DNA of 64,000 nt from Octopus sinensis. Lineage: Eukaryota. Made by a program: the position numbers and the translations under genes. Shown here piece by piece: positions 14,365-27,149 of the stretch. Under the pieces are notes generated by a model, which was given only the letters and a program-made list of their open reading frames with translations, ran no database searches and had not been told where the DNA came from. The stretch lies in assembly GCF_006345805.1 (NCBI RefSeq), contig NC_042997.1:11656001-11720000 (forward strand), given 5' to 3'. Each line of letters opens with the position of its first letter. The stretch's first letter is position 1.

Positions 14365-14512
14365 GAAACCCGGGTCTGTGTATATCATATGAGGCTAGAG
14401 ATGGGAGCGATGACTTCCCCTCGCAAATACTATTCGGTCACAGACAGCGTGTGGTTAGCCAGCTGGAGATGTCTTCCAGGGAATAAAAGTAACAGTAACA
14501 TCGTTCTCAATG
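14365..14512. mobile_element. MITE-like foldback element, right arm (partner of 5799-6020)
   Basis: GCCAGCTGGAGATGTCTTCC...AACAGTAACATCGTTCT is the reverse complement of 5799-5855. Confidence 0.6.
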
Positions 14513-14555
14513 GGACCACCATATTTAGTTGTAAGATATATATATATATATATTA

Positions 14556-14773
14556 TCTTTTACTTTTTCAGTTATTTGACTGCGGCCATGCTGGAGCACC
14601 GCTTTTAGTCGAGCAAATCGAACCCAGAACTTATTCTTTGTAAGTCTAGTACTTATTCTATCGGTCTCTCTTGCCGAACCGCTATGTGACGGGGACGTAA
14701 GCACACCAGCGATGTTGGGGACAAACACAGACACACAAACATATACATAGATGCATATATATATATGTGTGTA

Positions 14774-14838
<65 letters not shown>

Positions 14839-14999
14839 GACGGCTTCTTCAGTTTCCGTCTACCAAGTCTACTCACAAGGCTTTGGTCAGCCCGAGGTTA
14901 TAGTAGAAGACATACGACTAATGTGTAACGCAGTGGGACTGAACCCAGAACCATGTCGTTGGTAAGCAAGCTACTTACCACACAGCCACTCCTGCGCCT
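14556..14999 (-). mobile_element. SINE family A, full length with internal (TA)n
   Basis: Homology to other family A copies. Confidence 0.9.
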
Positions 15000-15000
15000 A

Positions 15001-15045
<45 letters not shown>

Positions 15046-15056
15046 CATACACATAT

Positions 15057-15650
15057 AGGGTGCGATGGGTAAATTTAATATTTTTAAGTTCGCGCATGAG
15101 CATTGTTTGCTCTTGATTTGGTGGACTACACAGTATAGTAGGTCAGTTGGGCACCACCCGAGAGAAAAACAGCACCGCCATGGGGATGTTTCACCCAGAA
15201 ATTTGGAAATGATATGCTGTACTGCTTAGCATTCGCACCGGAAGCTCTTATACGAACATTTCAGAGTGTTTGAGTGTCAATCTGAAAACATGTACCGAGA
15301 GTGATAAAAATCAAACAACCAGTCAAGATAATGGTGTTTAGAGTGATTACTAGTAATGGCGACGTTATGCTTCCATTCATCTTCCCACACAACATCAGAC
15401 TGAACATGGAGGCCTACATCAAGTGCCCGGAGGAGGCAGTGCTGCTCTGGGGCAAGAGAGGGGCTGCTGGAAGACCCTATGTCTGGCAACAGGACTCTGT
15501 ACCATGACACACAAGCAGAATAACCCAGACATGGCTGTCAGACAATTTCTGAAACAACATCACGCTTAACATCTGGCAGCCTAACTCCCCAGACTGCAAC
15601 CCCCTTGATTATTCTATGTGGAGCGCAGTTGAGCGAGAGACCAACAAAAA
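15057..15650 (+). mobile_element. Tc1/mariner-superfamily transposon remnant, DD37D (maT-like), internally deleted
   Basis: TA followed by putative TIR GGGTGCGATGGGTAAATT; YVWQQDSVP*HTSRITQTWLSDNF*...WQPNSPDCNPLDY gives 37 residues between D2 and D3; two stop codons. Confidence 0.85.
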
Positions 15651-15712
15651 AAACTTAAACAAGGCGACCTTCTAGAAGAGTTGTATATAACACACATTCG
15701 TATGCACGCACG

Positions 15713-15761
<49 letters not shown>

Positions 15762-16264
15762 CACAGACTCACAGTACACACACATATATAATATAACAAA
15801 AATTTATCATATGTTACATACACGGTACTGGTTGTGGATCTACGTCGTGTGGCGTCGAGGATTCATTTAGGATTCAGAGAAGGAGAAAGTGAATTATTTG
15901 CTCCGGAATTAGCATGGTTGCTGTGAATTCCAGACAGACTTTTACCCGTAACATAATTATCAGTCAGAATCAGAGTGGCGGACTTTTTCATATTTGAGAT
16001 AAAAAAATCTACCCGGTGGATATCTATAGCGATTCCACCCACCTAATTTCACTCACACCGTACTGGTAGATCCAAGATGTTACGCAATCGGATCGAACTC
16101 GGCACCTCATTGGCGTGCAGTAAACTTCTTAACTATTCGGTCATACAGCATTTACGCCATAAACGTATATGTATATATTCACACACACACGCTCCCCCAT
16201 ATATATATATATATATACAAATATATCATATATATCTATATATGTATATCTGTATCAGTATCTA

Positions 16265-16570
<306 letters not shown>

Positions 16571-16894
16571 ATGTATGTACGTACGTACAAACATAAGCAC
16601 ATATACATTTATATAATGTGTGAGTATATGTTTGTACACATCTATTCACATAGATAATGGAGCGAGTTTGTAAAGCTATTAGTGACAGGATTAATAATTA
16701 TATTTTCATTTTTCTTCATTTATGTTTTTGATTTTTAAATTGCATTATTATCAGTTTTGAAAATTGCCTGTTTTAGACTTCGAAGACAAACTAACAGTGA
16801 TTCAGTCTGATGTATATTTTATATTAGTATAAACACACTCAGACACACATACACACACTCGCATACACAAGCACTCTTATACATACACGTCCTT

Positions 16895-17046
16895 ATGTAT
16901 GTATGTATGAATCTATGTATGTGTGTATGTATGTATGTATGTATGTATGTATCTATCTATCTATATGTATATATGTGCATGATTGCCTGTAATTATATAT
17001 ATATTTATATATATATATATATATATATATACACTCACAAATACAT

Positions 17047-17077
<31 letters not shown>

Positions 17078-17118
17078 CTTATATACATAATTACAAGAAA
17101 TCGGGCTCATCTCACCCC

Positions 17119-17155
<37 letters not shown>

Positions 17156-17365
17156 CATATATATGTGCGTGAGTGTGTGTGTGCTCGTATATATTTGCTG
17201 AGTGTATATGTGTTTTTGAAAGTATATATATATACACACACACATGCAAGTAAATACATACATAATACATACATATGTACACACACATATACTTATATAC
17301 ATATGTATGTACGTATGTATGTATGTATGTATGTATGTATGTATGTATGTATGTATGTATGTATG

Positions 17366-17396
<31 letters not shown>

Positions 17397-17759
17397 GTAT
17401 TTAAAAAAAATTTGAAATGCGATTTGCAGCTGATGTAGCCAGAGAGCAAATATGATAACATTAAATTTCCTATTTAGCAATATCTTCACTTAACCTATAT
17501 CTTTGACTGAAAGGTTTTTCAGCAGTTTAGGCTGCTCACATTTTAAAGTATCGATTTATATCAGATGTTGTTCTAAACGATGTATGTATGTATGTAGTAT
17601 GTATGTATGTATGTATGTATGTATGTATGTATGTATGTATGTATGTATGTATGTATGTGTGTATGTATGTATGTATGTATGTATGTATGTATTTATGCAT
17701 GTATGTATGTATGTATGTATATATGTATGTATGTATGTACATACATATACATATGTATA

Positions 17760-17806
<47 letters not shown>

Positions 17807-18110
17807 GAATATATATATATATACATATATATGCATATATATACACGCACACATATAAATGTATTTATATATATAATATATATATATTTACATATACATA
17901 TATATAAATACATATATATATATTCGTATATGTATATGTAAGTAAATATATATATATATAAATAAATATATATATATGTATGTATACACGCACACGCGTA
18001 CACACACACATTCACACACACACACACCACACACACACACACACCACACACACACACATATATATATATATATACAAGTATATATATATACATATATATT
18101 TTTTACAAGC
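16895..18110. repeat. Microsatellite-dense block: (TATG)n, (TA)n, (CA)n
   Basis: Direct reading. Confidence 0.9.
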
Positions 18111-18749
18111 ATTTATGTTTAAAAATATACTTATTGAGGAATGCTAGCGTTTTGTATATTTTATATTCACCCACCAGTTTCATTTATTTATCTTGCTATT
18201 TTACATTTTATTTATTCTATATTTATGTATATATTTCTCTACATATGCAAACAAACACACACGCACGCACACACACACACACAGACACACATACACGCAT
18301 ACACACACAGACACACATATATGTATAAGTATGTATTTGAATAACGTGTTTTGTAACCATCATATGAGCTTATATATACAAACGGAAGATATAAACTCAG
18401 TTTATATAACTTGGAAAACATACAGTGATTCATTCATCCTCTGTTACTCAGAGTATCACACAGGAACTCCCCGCCGTCTCTCTGTCTCACACACGTACAC
18501 GCGCACGCACACACAGAAACACACACATACACACAAAAACACACAGTTGTACACACGCACACGATGTATATGCTTGTAATATTTCTGACGATGCTTTTCG
18601 TGTTATAGACGGTTCGACTAGTTATGTCTCTACGTGCAAGAGTAGTTTGCGATTGGTTACCTTGATACAGGTGATCGAAATTGTGCCCTGGTAATACTGT
18701 ATGTTGAAGAATGAAGCAGCACAACTCTGTCGATTTGAAAGAGATTATT

Positions 18750-19700
18750 CTGAAAGGCTGGTTGCAAATATCTTAAGCAGTTTTTAAAAGCCAAAGACTA
18801 ATTAATTTTAAAGTTAGTACATTTGGAGATTTTGGTAGTAGCAAAAGAGGAACTTTCGTTGGCAACTGTAGTTCTAGGTGTTGTATTTCGCTTTACTATG
18901 AGGTACGATCAGTTATATGACCGGACATATTTTTGGTCTTTTTGGAAAGGCTCTCTTCTTCGGCGTCTCCATGGATAGTTATGAAATTGTTCCACCTCAT
19001 CACTCTCCAAAGGAATGCAAACCCCGTTGGTACATAGATGATGTATTCGGAAGGTTATGCTATCTGAATAGCTTCTGAAATGGTCTGAATGAAAGAAGGA
19101 TCTAACCATTAACTCAATGACTATCTTCCCAGAATAAGATCAAGATTAAATAAAAGCAAATATTACCCATAGAGAAAACCGAATGACGGCACCATTTCTG
19201 TCCATAAAAATTCCAATCATCAGACAGCCATAATTGCGAACCTGATTTATTCTTGAACCTGAATAACTTGAATACTGCTGCTCATCTTGCTTGGAGCGAT
19301 CTCTTAAATAACAAAAAGGGTTTATATGGATAGAATCCTCACTCATAACACAGTCTAGCAGAACCAGGAAGAGGAAAGGAATCTAGTTTACCACCGCCCA
19401 ACCTAGTAGTCACCATGAACATAGCCATGAATTTCCTAACTTTAATAAGCCAAAGTACAAATAACATAGGAACTTAAGTCCCATAATATTAAAGTTAGTT
19501 ATTTCTGTATGGAAAACATAGGTTTCCAAATCAAATACAACAGCAACAAACATACCTCAGCAGAATCACCATTCCGTAGTCCATCAGTAACTGTTAAAGT
19601 GAGTATGAATGTCTACTCAGGAATTCCCGTCTTTATTAAACGTCTTACACCTAGAAACCTTTGCCTCCACCCCACCCCACATATCATTGACGGGAATTAT
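18750..19700 (-). mobile_element. Very old, probable Penelope-like RT remnant
   Basis: Minus-strand fragment RNGDSAEVCLLLLYLI resembles the PLE RT motif YDGAEVCELVGLY; the rest is only weakly recognisable. Confidence 0.3.
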
Positions 19701-20439
19701 ACGGGTGAGTTGCAAGTACTTTTAAACGTCTCGTCTACATTTCCGAGAGCTCAGGAAAGAGAAACATTCTAATTGTTTTCCACAATTTATCCAAAATCTT
19801 CGGAACCACTGACTGGTATATCATCCATGGCGCATCTCTGAAAGAACCAGACTGTATGCAAATATAAACTTGATCTAACTGTAAATTTCAAATTTTTAAA
19901 TTGCAACCAAAAGTGGAGGTTCTTGTAAAATGTCAAAAACAAACTCCAAATGCACGAACGTTACGGTTTATAAAAAAACATTGACTTTAAAAATAAGATT
20001 TAGTGAGTCTTAACCACTCTTCAGAGTAATCGCACTTAATTCTGAAGTGCTTTTTTCCTCAATACAAAATAGTGTAAGAGTAATGAATGCCAATCGTTAT
20101 AAACGTGATCATGCATATGAACCATACAGTAGCCATAACAGTGTAGTTATTTATTTGAAAGACTTTACTAAGAAGATTGTGATGATGTAAAAACATCCTA
20201 TTGCTCTCTTAGGCAGGCCGAAAAATAATTGGGAATCTTCTTTCAGTTCTGTTTCAGGATAATTGCCTGACACGAGAAGAAATACATCGGTCATTCAAAG
20301 TACTGAATCTAAGTTGCTATAGATAGCAAAAGTTAATCAGGATATAGCATTAACAGCTGTTCTGATTTGCAAATATTACATTAATCAACTCTATAATAAA
20401 TGTAATGATGTTGGTGTTGGATCACCTTCGTTCCACGAC

Positions 20440-20950
20440 AAGTATTCACTTGTTCAGGTCAGGTATGGCGGTATGCGCCGTTGCAGTGCGTCGCTGTATC
20501 CACCATTTGTTGGTACCTGCACAAGTCGTCCTTGGTAACCATCAGATCAGTGTTCCTGTCAGTTCACACCTCTGCAAAATACTTCCTGACCGGCTTGAGC
20601 TGCCATCCCATCCGGATACTCAAAGAAGAGTACACGAGACTCAGTATCCAACTCAGAAAATCGAGTAACAAGACCGAACACTCTAAGCTGAAGTTCTCGG
20701 ATCATACAAATAACAGGATGAATCTCAGATTTTTGAGTATAGTTGTTGGTTGGATAAGAAATCTGACCAATAATCCTGTAAAGCCTCTGATACCAAAAAA
20801 GATCAGGTGGTTCCTAAGGGCTCCGGACAGTATCCAGGCCTCATAATTGTAGATTAAGACACGGTTGACAAGAGAATTAAAGACCCGAATCTAGGAGCTC
20901 CTGCACAGATATCGATCGCGCCAGGCAGCCGCTCCACACATCCTCATGTA
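20440..20950 (-). mobile_element. RTE-clade LINE 3' fragment
   Basis: VFNSLVNRVLIYNYEAWIL and VICMIRELQLRVFGLVTRF resemble the RTE ORF C-terminus. Confidence 0.7.
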
Positions 20951-20954
20951 TGGA

Positions 20955-21330
20955 AGCACTCCGTCGGTTACGACGATGAGGGTTCCGGTTGAGCCGATCA
21001 ACGGAACAGCCTGCTCGTGAAATTAACCTGTAAGTGGCTGAGCACTCCACAGACACGTGTACACTTAACGTAGTTCTCGGGGATATTCAGCGTGACACAG
21101 AGAGTGACAAGGCCGGCCCTTTGAAATACAGGTACAACAGAAACAGGAAGTAAGAGTGAGAGAAAGTTGTGGTGAAAGAGTACAGCAGGGATCACCACCA
21201 TCCCCTGCCGGAGCCTCGTGGAGCTTTAGATGTTTTCGCTCAATAAACACTCACAACGCCCGGTCTGGGAATCGAAACCGCGATCCTACGACCGCGAGTC
21301 CGCTGCCCTAACCACTGGGCCATTGCCACT
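20955..21330 (-). mobile_element. SINE family B, full length
   Basis: Reverse complement GCAATGGCCCAGTGGTTAGGGCAGCGGACTCGCGGTCGTAGGATCGCGGTTTCGATTCCC. Confidence 0.92.
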
Positions 21331-22118
21331 CCACAAGACTCATAACTAATGCTTCTATGAATCACGCCGCTGAGATAAGCGAAGTTGCTGACGTTTGTTG
21401 GATTAACTGAATTACCTGCCCTTGAATTGACGCGGAAGAGGATGAACAGTCGAGAGACACTTGTCCCTTTAATAACTTAATTCTTAAGTAGATTCAGCGT
21501 CACACATTGAGTGACAAGGCTGTATTTTTTGAATTACAGGATCAACGAATCCGAGTGTCTTTTAGTTAGTTTCCGTCTACCCAGTTCCACCCGCATTCTA
21601 TGGTTTGAGCGGAAACTGTACACTATCACATTGGCCCAATAGGCCACAGTGTAGACTCTAATTCGGCACCTCTTGGTTGCGAAGCAAATTTCTGATGTTT
21701 GCTGTCGACTCCTCACTTCCAGACGACGCTCTACTCACGATATCCTTCAACCATACAACATCGGTTTTTTTCTGGATTCCTGTCAATTTGTGAGAATTTA
21801 AGTGAAATATTAAACAGCATCACTCTCACTGCTTTTGAAGTGTATGCGAAGACCATGAGAATGGCCCATTCAGATCAAGCACCCCCACCCCAAAGAAAAA
21901 ACAAAAACATCATTCTACTTAATATCGACGGCTAAGTAGGTGAGAGAAATATTTAATGCAGAACATCACAAATCTAATTACAAATACTAATATGTTGAGA
22001 TATGAAGATTAACTCAAAGAATAATATAATTTGAATGATTGGGATGTGCGTGTTGCAGGTTCGGTTATTTTGATTAAATTCTTTTACCCTGGCATCGGAT
22101 TGACCAATATATTCTTTT

Positions 22119-22921
22119 AGCTATAAGCGCAAGTACTGAAATTGTGGGAATGGAGACAAGTCGATTACATCGATCCCAGTGCATAATTCGTACTTATTTA
22201 ATCGACCTCGTAAGTTGGCCTCGGTGGAATGTGAACTCAAAGCATAAAGAAGGAAGAAAAACTGCTAAGCATTTTGCCCGGCATGCTAACGATTCTGCCA
22301 CCTCATTGCCTTTGATTGACCAATATATTCTTTTCTACTCAAGCACAAGGCCCGAAATTTTTGGGGAGGAGGCCAGTCGATTAGATCGAACCCTGTACGC
22401 AATTGGTACTTAATTTATCGACCCCGAAAGGATGAAAGGCAAAGTCGACTTCAGCGGAATTTGAACTTAAAACGTTAAGACAGCTGGAATACTGTTAAGC
22501 ATTCGGCCTGGCGTGCTAATGTTTCTTATTTCTTTATTGCCCACGAGGGGCTAAACATAGAGGGGACAAACAAGGTCAGACAAAGGGATTAAATCGATTA
22601 CATCGACTCCAGTACGTAGCTGGAAAGGATGAAAGGCAAAGTCGACCTCGGCGGAATTTGAACTCAGAACGCAACGGCAAACGAAATACCTATTTCTTTA
22701 CTACCCACAAGGGGCTAAACACAGAGAGGACAAACAAGGACAGACAAACGGATTAAGTCGATTATATCGACCCCAGTGCGTAACTGGTACTTATTTAATC
22801 GACCCCGAAAGGATGAAAGGCAAAGTCGACCCCGGCGGAATTTGAACTCAGTACGTAACCGCAGACGAAATACCGCTAAGCATTTCGCCCGGCGTGCTAA
22901 CGTTTCTGCCAGCTCGCCGCT
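22119..22921 (-). mobile_element. Head-to-tail cluster of four SINE family D copies (MetaSINE-like central domain)
   Basis: Each copy has the reverse complement of GCCTTTCATCCTTTCGGGGTCGATAAA.TAAGTACCAG, resembling the Meta domain; two alternative 3' tails. Confidence 0.85.
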
Positions 22922-23222
22922 TCAGATTGACCAATTTATTGAAAACAGAATTTGGTAGACGAATGCTATAGGGAAGCCTGTTTGCATGTAAATGTTTACA
23001 CACACACACACACACACATGTCGAAAGGTTAGGGGCTTGCTCAACCTTTGCCAAGGTTTGGTATGGTATTGCAATACTTCCAGGATTCAACTCTTCTGAA
23101 TATGTATGTATGTATTTATGTATGCATGTATGCATGTTTGTATATATACGCTCTATACTAAAACATCTGTTTGTTTTTCTACACCACCCGTCTTCGTCTT
23201 TTGTTTTTATCGTGAATTCTCG

Positions 23223-23268
<46 letters not shown>

Positions 23269-24487
23269 CTTCAGAAATAGCAGCGCACAAACTCACATAT
23301 ATAAATATGTTTGTGCGCGCCTGTGTGTGTGTGTTTCTTTTACAGATGTTTACTGCCGAAAGTTATTCAAAAAATCCAAAATACACGGTGAAGGAAGTCA
23401 TTTGTGATGCTTTTTCTGCACCGAGTTACAAATATTCCCTTATCACTCTCGCTGTCAGATATGCAACAAACCAGTGATTAGCCAATTGGGAATCTGCAAA
23501 CATCAACGATGCTATTGTTCATGTGTAGTGATATAAAATGTCAAGAAAATAAATAACTACGTGATTTAAGGCTTTCCCCCAACTCTAATTGCAACATCAG
23601 AACCTCAGTGAAGTGAACTTGCTTCACACGAAAATGAACTTGTTTCAATCAAAAGAGAATGAAGAAAAGAGAGGGAGGACGAAAAAGAGCGGGAAGGAGA
23701 GAGCGAGAGTCGTGGTTTTGAATCGCTAGGAGCCAACTTCATGCACTACAGCGCTCCCTACTCTTAAAAGTAAGATATTTCAATCTATAAAACGAAACCT
23801 TAACAAAAGAAAATGCTTCCCTTTGGTTACGTTGTTTTAAATATAAACTAGAAAAATGCTTCTTTTCATTTATACATTCATTCGTTATTTTATTTTCAGT
23901 TACAGATTATTGAAATGATGCACTTGACGTAAAAATAATTCAATAGTTCACTGAGGCTATTGAGGTAGTTTCTACAGTTTTATGAATTCTATATATGATA
24001 CATGAAAACGTTATAACATTACTATAGCTTCATAATCTCCTTAAGCCCCAGTTCAGTCTACATTAAATGATTTTTGGTCACCAGATTGATAATCCGAAGC
24101 AATCCTTCTTAATGTTATTGTACAACAACAAAAAGTTTACTAAGTTTCCTTGAAATTTATGCTGTAAGATTTTTAAAATGTTTATTTTTATTTTTATCCG
24201 AATTAATTATAATTTTCTTTTTTAAATAATATATCAGCGTGAATACCATTTATTAGCTGCAAGGAAGACAAGTGATGCAGGATCGATTTTCAGTCGAGCC
24301 ATTTCACATTATTTATTCTCTGTATCGTCAATTTTCAATGCTACTTCACATATACTCGGCCATGCATGATTTGTTTCCTACACAATACTTAAATATCGAA
24401 ACTTTTAAAAGTTATGGAACATTTTCATTTGCCATAATATATCAAAAGATGCTCACTGTCCAATGATGTTGCGTTTGCAGTATTTTG

Positions 24488-24660
24488 GATGGCGAGCTGG
24501 CAGAATCGTTAGCATGCAGGAGTGGCTGTGTGGTAAGTAACTTGCTTACCGACCATATAGTTCCGGGTTCATTCCTACTGCGTGGCACCTTGGGCAAGTG
24601 TCTTCTACTACAGCCTCGGGCTGACCAAAGCTTTGTGAGTGGATTTGGTAGACGGAAATT
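24488..24660 (+). mobile_element. SINE D head stub followed by SINE A 5' half
   Basis: GGCGAGCTGGCAGAATCGTTAGCA followed by GGAGTGGCTGTGTGGTAAGTAAC... Confidence 0.8.
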
Positions 24661-25330
24661 GTGGCCATGCTGGAGCACTGCCTTTAGTCGAGCAAATCGA
24701 TCCCATGAATTATTCTTTGTAAGCCTAGTACTTATTCTATCGGGTCTTTTGCCGAACCGCTAACGTACGGGGACGTAAACACATCACCATCAGTTGTCAA
24801 GCGATGGCGGGGGGACAAACACAGACACACAAACATATACACGCACATACATACATACATATATATATTATATATATATATATATATATATGTGTGTGGA
24901 GGCTCAATGACCCAGTGGTTAGGGCAGCGGATTCGCGGTTTCGATTCCCAGACCGAACGTTGTGAGTGTTTATTGAGCAAAAACATCTAAAGCTCCACGA
25001 GGCTCTGGCAGGGGGTGGTGGCGATCCCTGCTGTACTCTTTCGCCTCAACTTTCTCTTAGCCAGCGGGGTGGCTTCATTTGAAGGCTAAAACAATGCGAA
25101 GCGCATTGTGACCAGCGATGTGTAGCGACATCTGATAGCCTGGTCGGTGACGGTGATATATATATACGACGGGCTTCTTTCAGTTTCCGTCTACCAAATC
25201 CACTCACAAGGCTTTGGTCGGCTCGAGGCTATAGTAGAAGACATTTGCCCAAAGTGCCATGTAGTGGGACTGAACTCAGAACCATGTGGTTGGTAAGCAA
25301 GCTACTTACCACGCAACCACCCCTACGCCT
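24661..25330 (-). mobile_element. SINE family A interrupted at its internal (TA)n by a B-headed chimeric SINE (24898-25157, + strand)
   Basis: A 3' half at 24661-24895, B head plus a different tail (TTTGAAGGCTAAAACAATGCGAAGCGCATTGTGACCAGCG), A 5' half at 25160-25330. Confidence 0.85.
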
Positions 25331-25779
25331 ATATATCTGCAAGATCATCACACCAACAAAAAGCTTCTACAGGAATAGTGATCTTGACGGGATAAGAAAA
25401 ATCAGTTTAAGAACTTATGAATGCTATACAACAAAGCATTTTAAGATCTTCCACGAAACCAGGCAAACCTATTTAGGAGAGAAACACCTTACATACGAAT
25501 AAAAAGATTTGTAGAAATATTAGAATGATACTATCTCGTCAGGATGTTTATATTGAACATATATTTGTTACATTTCTTAGGCTAGGAATGTGCAATCCCA
25601 GACCAGTAGACAGCGACAAAATACCTAATGAATATATATGAATATGAAAGAAAAGGGAAATAAAGAAAACTTCTAACAGTGCAGCATGTGTTTTTTAAAA
25701 ATTCTTTATATTTCGGACGCAAAGGGAGAAGTCCAAGAAATGTGTATCTACATCAATTTCGTTATTTCATTTTAAACTG

Positions 25780-26200
25780 CTCGGTGTTTGGGTTAACAAC
25801 AGCAGCATCTCTCCTACTGTTGGTGTAAGCAACTCTCTAATACTTGGTCGAATACGTTGTGACGTGTTTTCACGTGGCCTCGGTGGAAGATGGTATTAGT
25901 GGTGTATGCTATGAAGTAGGTCGTAGTCATCGTGATGTATTCATATGAGTCACGGGCTTATCTCTGATCGACTACTGATTTTTCAGCTCGAAGCGGTGAA
26001 TCAATATAGCTTCCTTGATATGAAGGTTTCATGTGTTCATCTCCGAGGATATTATAGGGGCATCTATCTCTTTTGTGGTGCCGCCCCATTTGGTTAAGTG
26101 TTTGCAGAAGTAAGAGGTGTCAGTTGCATAGTACTCTCTCATGGAGATATGGAATGGTCGGACTGTGCTGCTGTTATAATAATTACAACAACTATTACAT
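25780..26200 (-). mobile_element. Penelope-like element 3' end (GIY-YIG C-terminal region)
   Basis: RPFHISMREY...FCKHL...IISSEMNT*NLHIKEAILIHRF. Confidence 0.6.
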
Positions 26201-26598
26201 CGGTAGCACAGTCTGACCACCCATTGTACGCTTCTTTTTTTTATTGATGAATAAATTGATTATATCATGAAAAACACGCTTTCTTCATGTGAATTAAAAG
26301 CTTAAAATTTAAAGTTTGGTTCGGAAAATACCAAGAATGTGGAACGTCTGTTCACCCTCTCAGTTTGGCAACAAGTGAGAGAGTGAATATAGATCTATGT
26401 ATAACCAGATATCACAGGTAAGGCCAAGAGTGAAACAGACAGAAAAAGGAATAGAGATGACGTTGGAGATTAACAATGTAGAATAGCGGACACATGAATT
26501 ACCAGCGCCTAAAGATCACACGTCTACACGTACACACACACACACACACACACACACGTACATACACAAACACACACATATACGCATACATACATACG

Positions 26599-26643
<45 letters not shown>

Positions 26644-26654
26644 ATAAATATTCT

Positions 26655-26810
26655 TTTCTACTCTAGGCACAAGGTCCAAAATTTTGGGGCGGGAGCCAGT
26701 CGACTTGATCGACCCCAATACGCAATTGATACGTAATTTATCGACTCCGAAAGGATGAAAGGCAAAATCGACCTCGGTGGAAATTGAACTCGAAACGTAA
26801 AAACAGATGA
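26655..26810 (-). mobile_element. SINE family D, partial
   Basis: Same core as the 22119-22921 copies. Confidence 0.85.
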
Positions 26811-27149
26811 ATATATACAATAATAAAAACATAAAAATAATAGAGGGAGCAAAAAGGAGTATAATATGATTGACAAAATAAAATTTAATACAAAATATAA
26901 AATGTAAAAAATCATATAAATAATGCACACACACACACGCACACACACACACACACAGACGCACACGCACATGCATACATACATTTATATACATAGATAA
27001 TTATAAGTGTTGATATAGTTAAATACAAATACGAGAGTATGTAATTAAGTCTATAATGAGGTCATTTATTATATCGTAACTATAATATGTAAACAGCAAT
27101 ATTGACTGCGCATATTACGGTATGTATATAACGGTAACAAGTACACTTC

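Noticed and set aside
13730-14643. Poly-Pro, poly-Ala/Phe and poly-Arg (protamine- or extensin-like) ORFs
   Set aside because: All derive from the same GC-rich minisatellite, with starts inside SSR or random flank and no unique coding context
23346-23477. Strong acceptor TTTCTTTTACAG followed by a 43-codon ORF
   Set aside because: No recognisable protein and no supporting upstream exon
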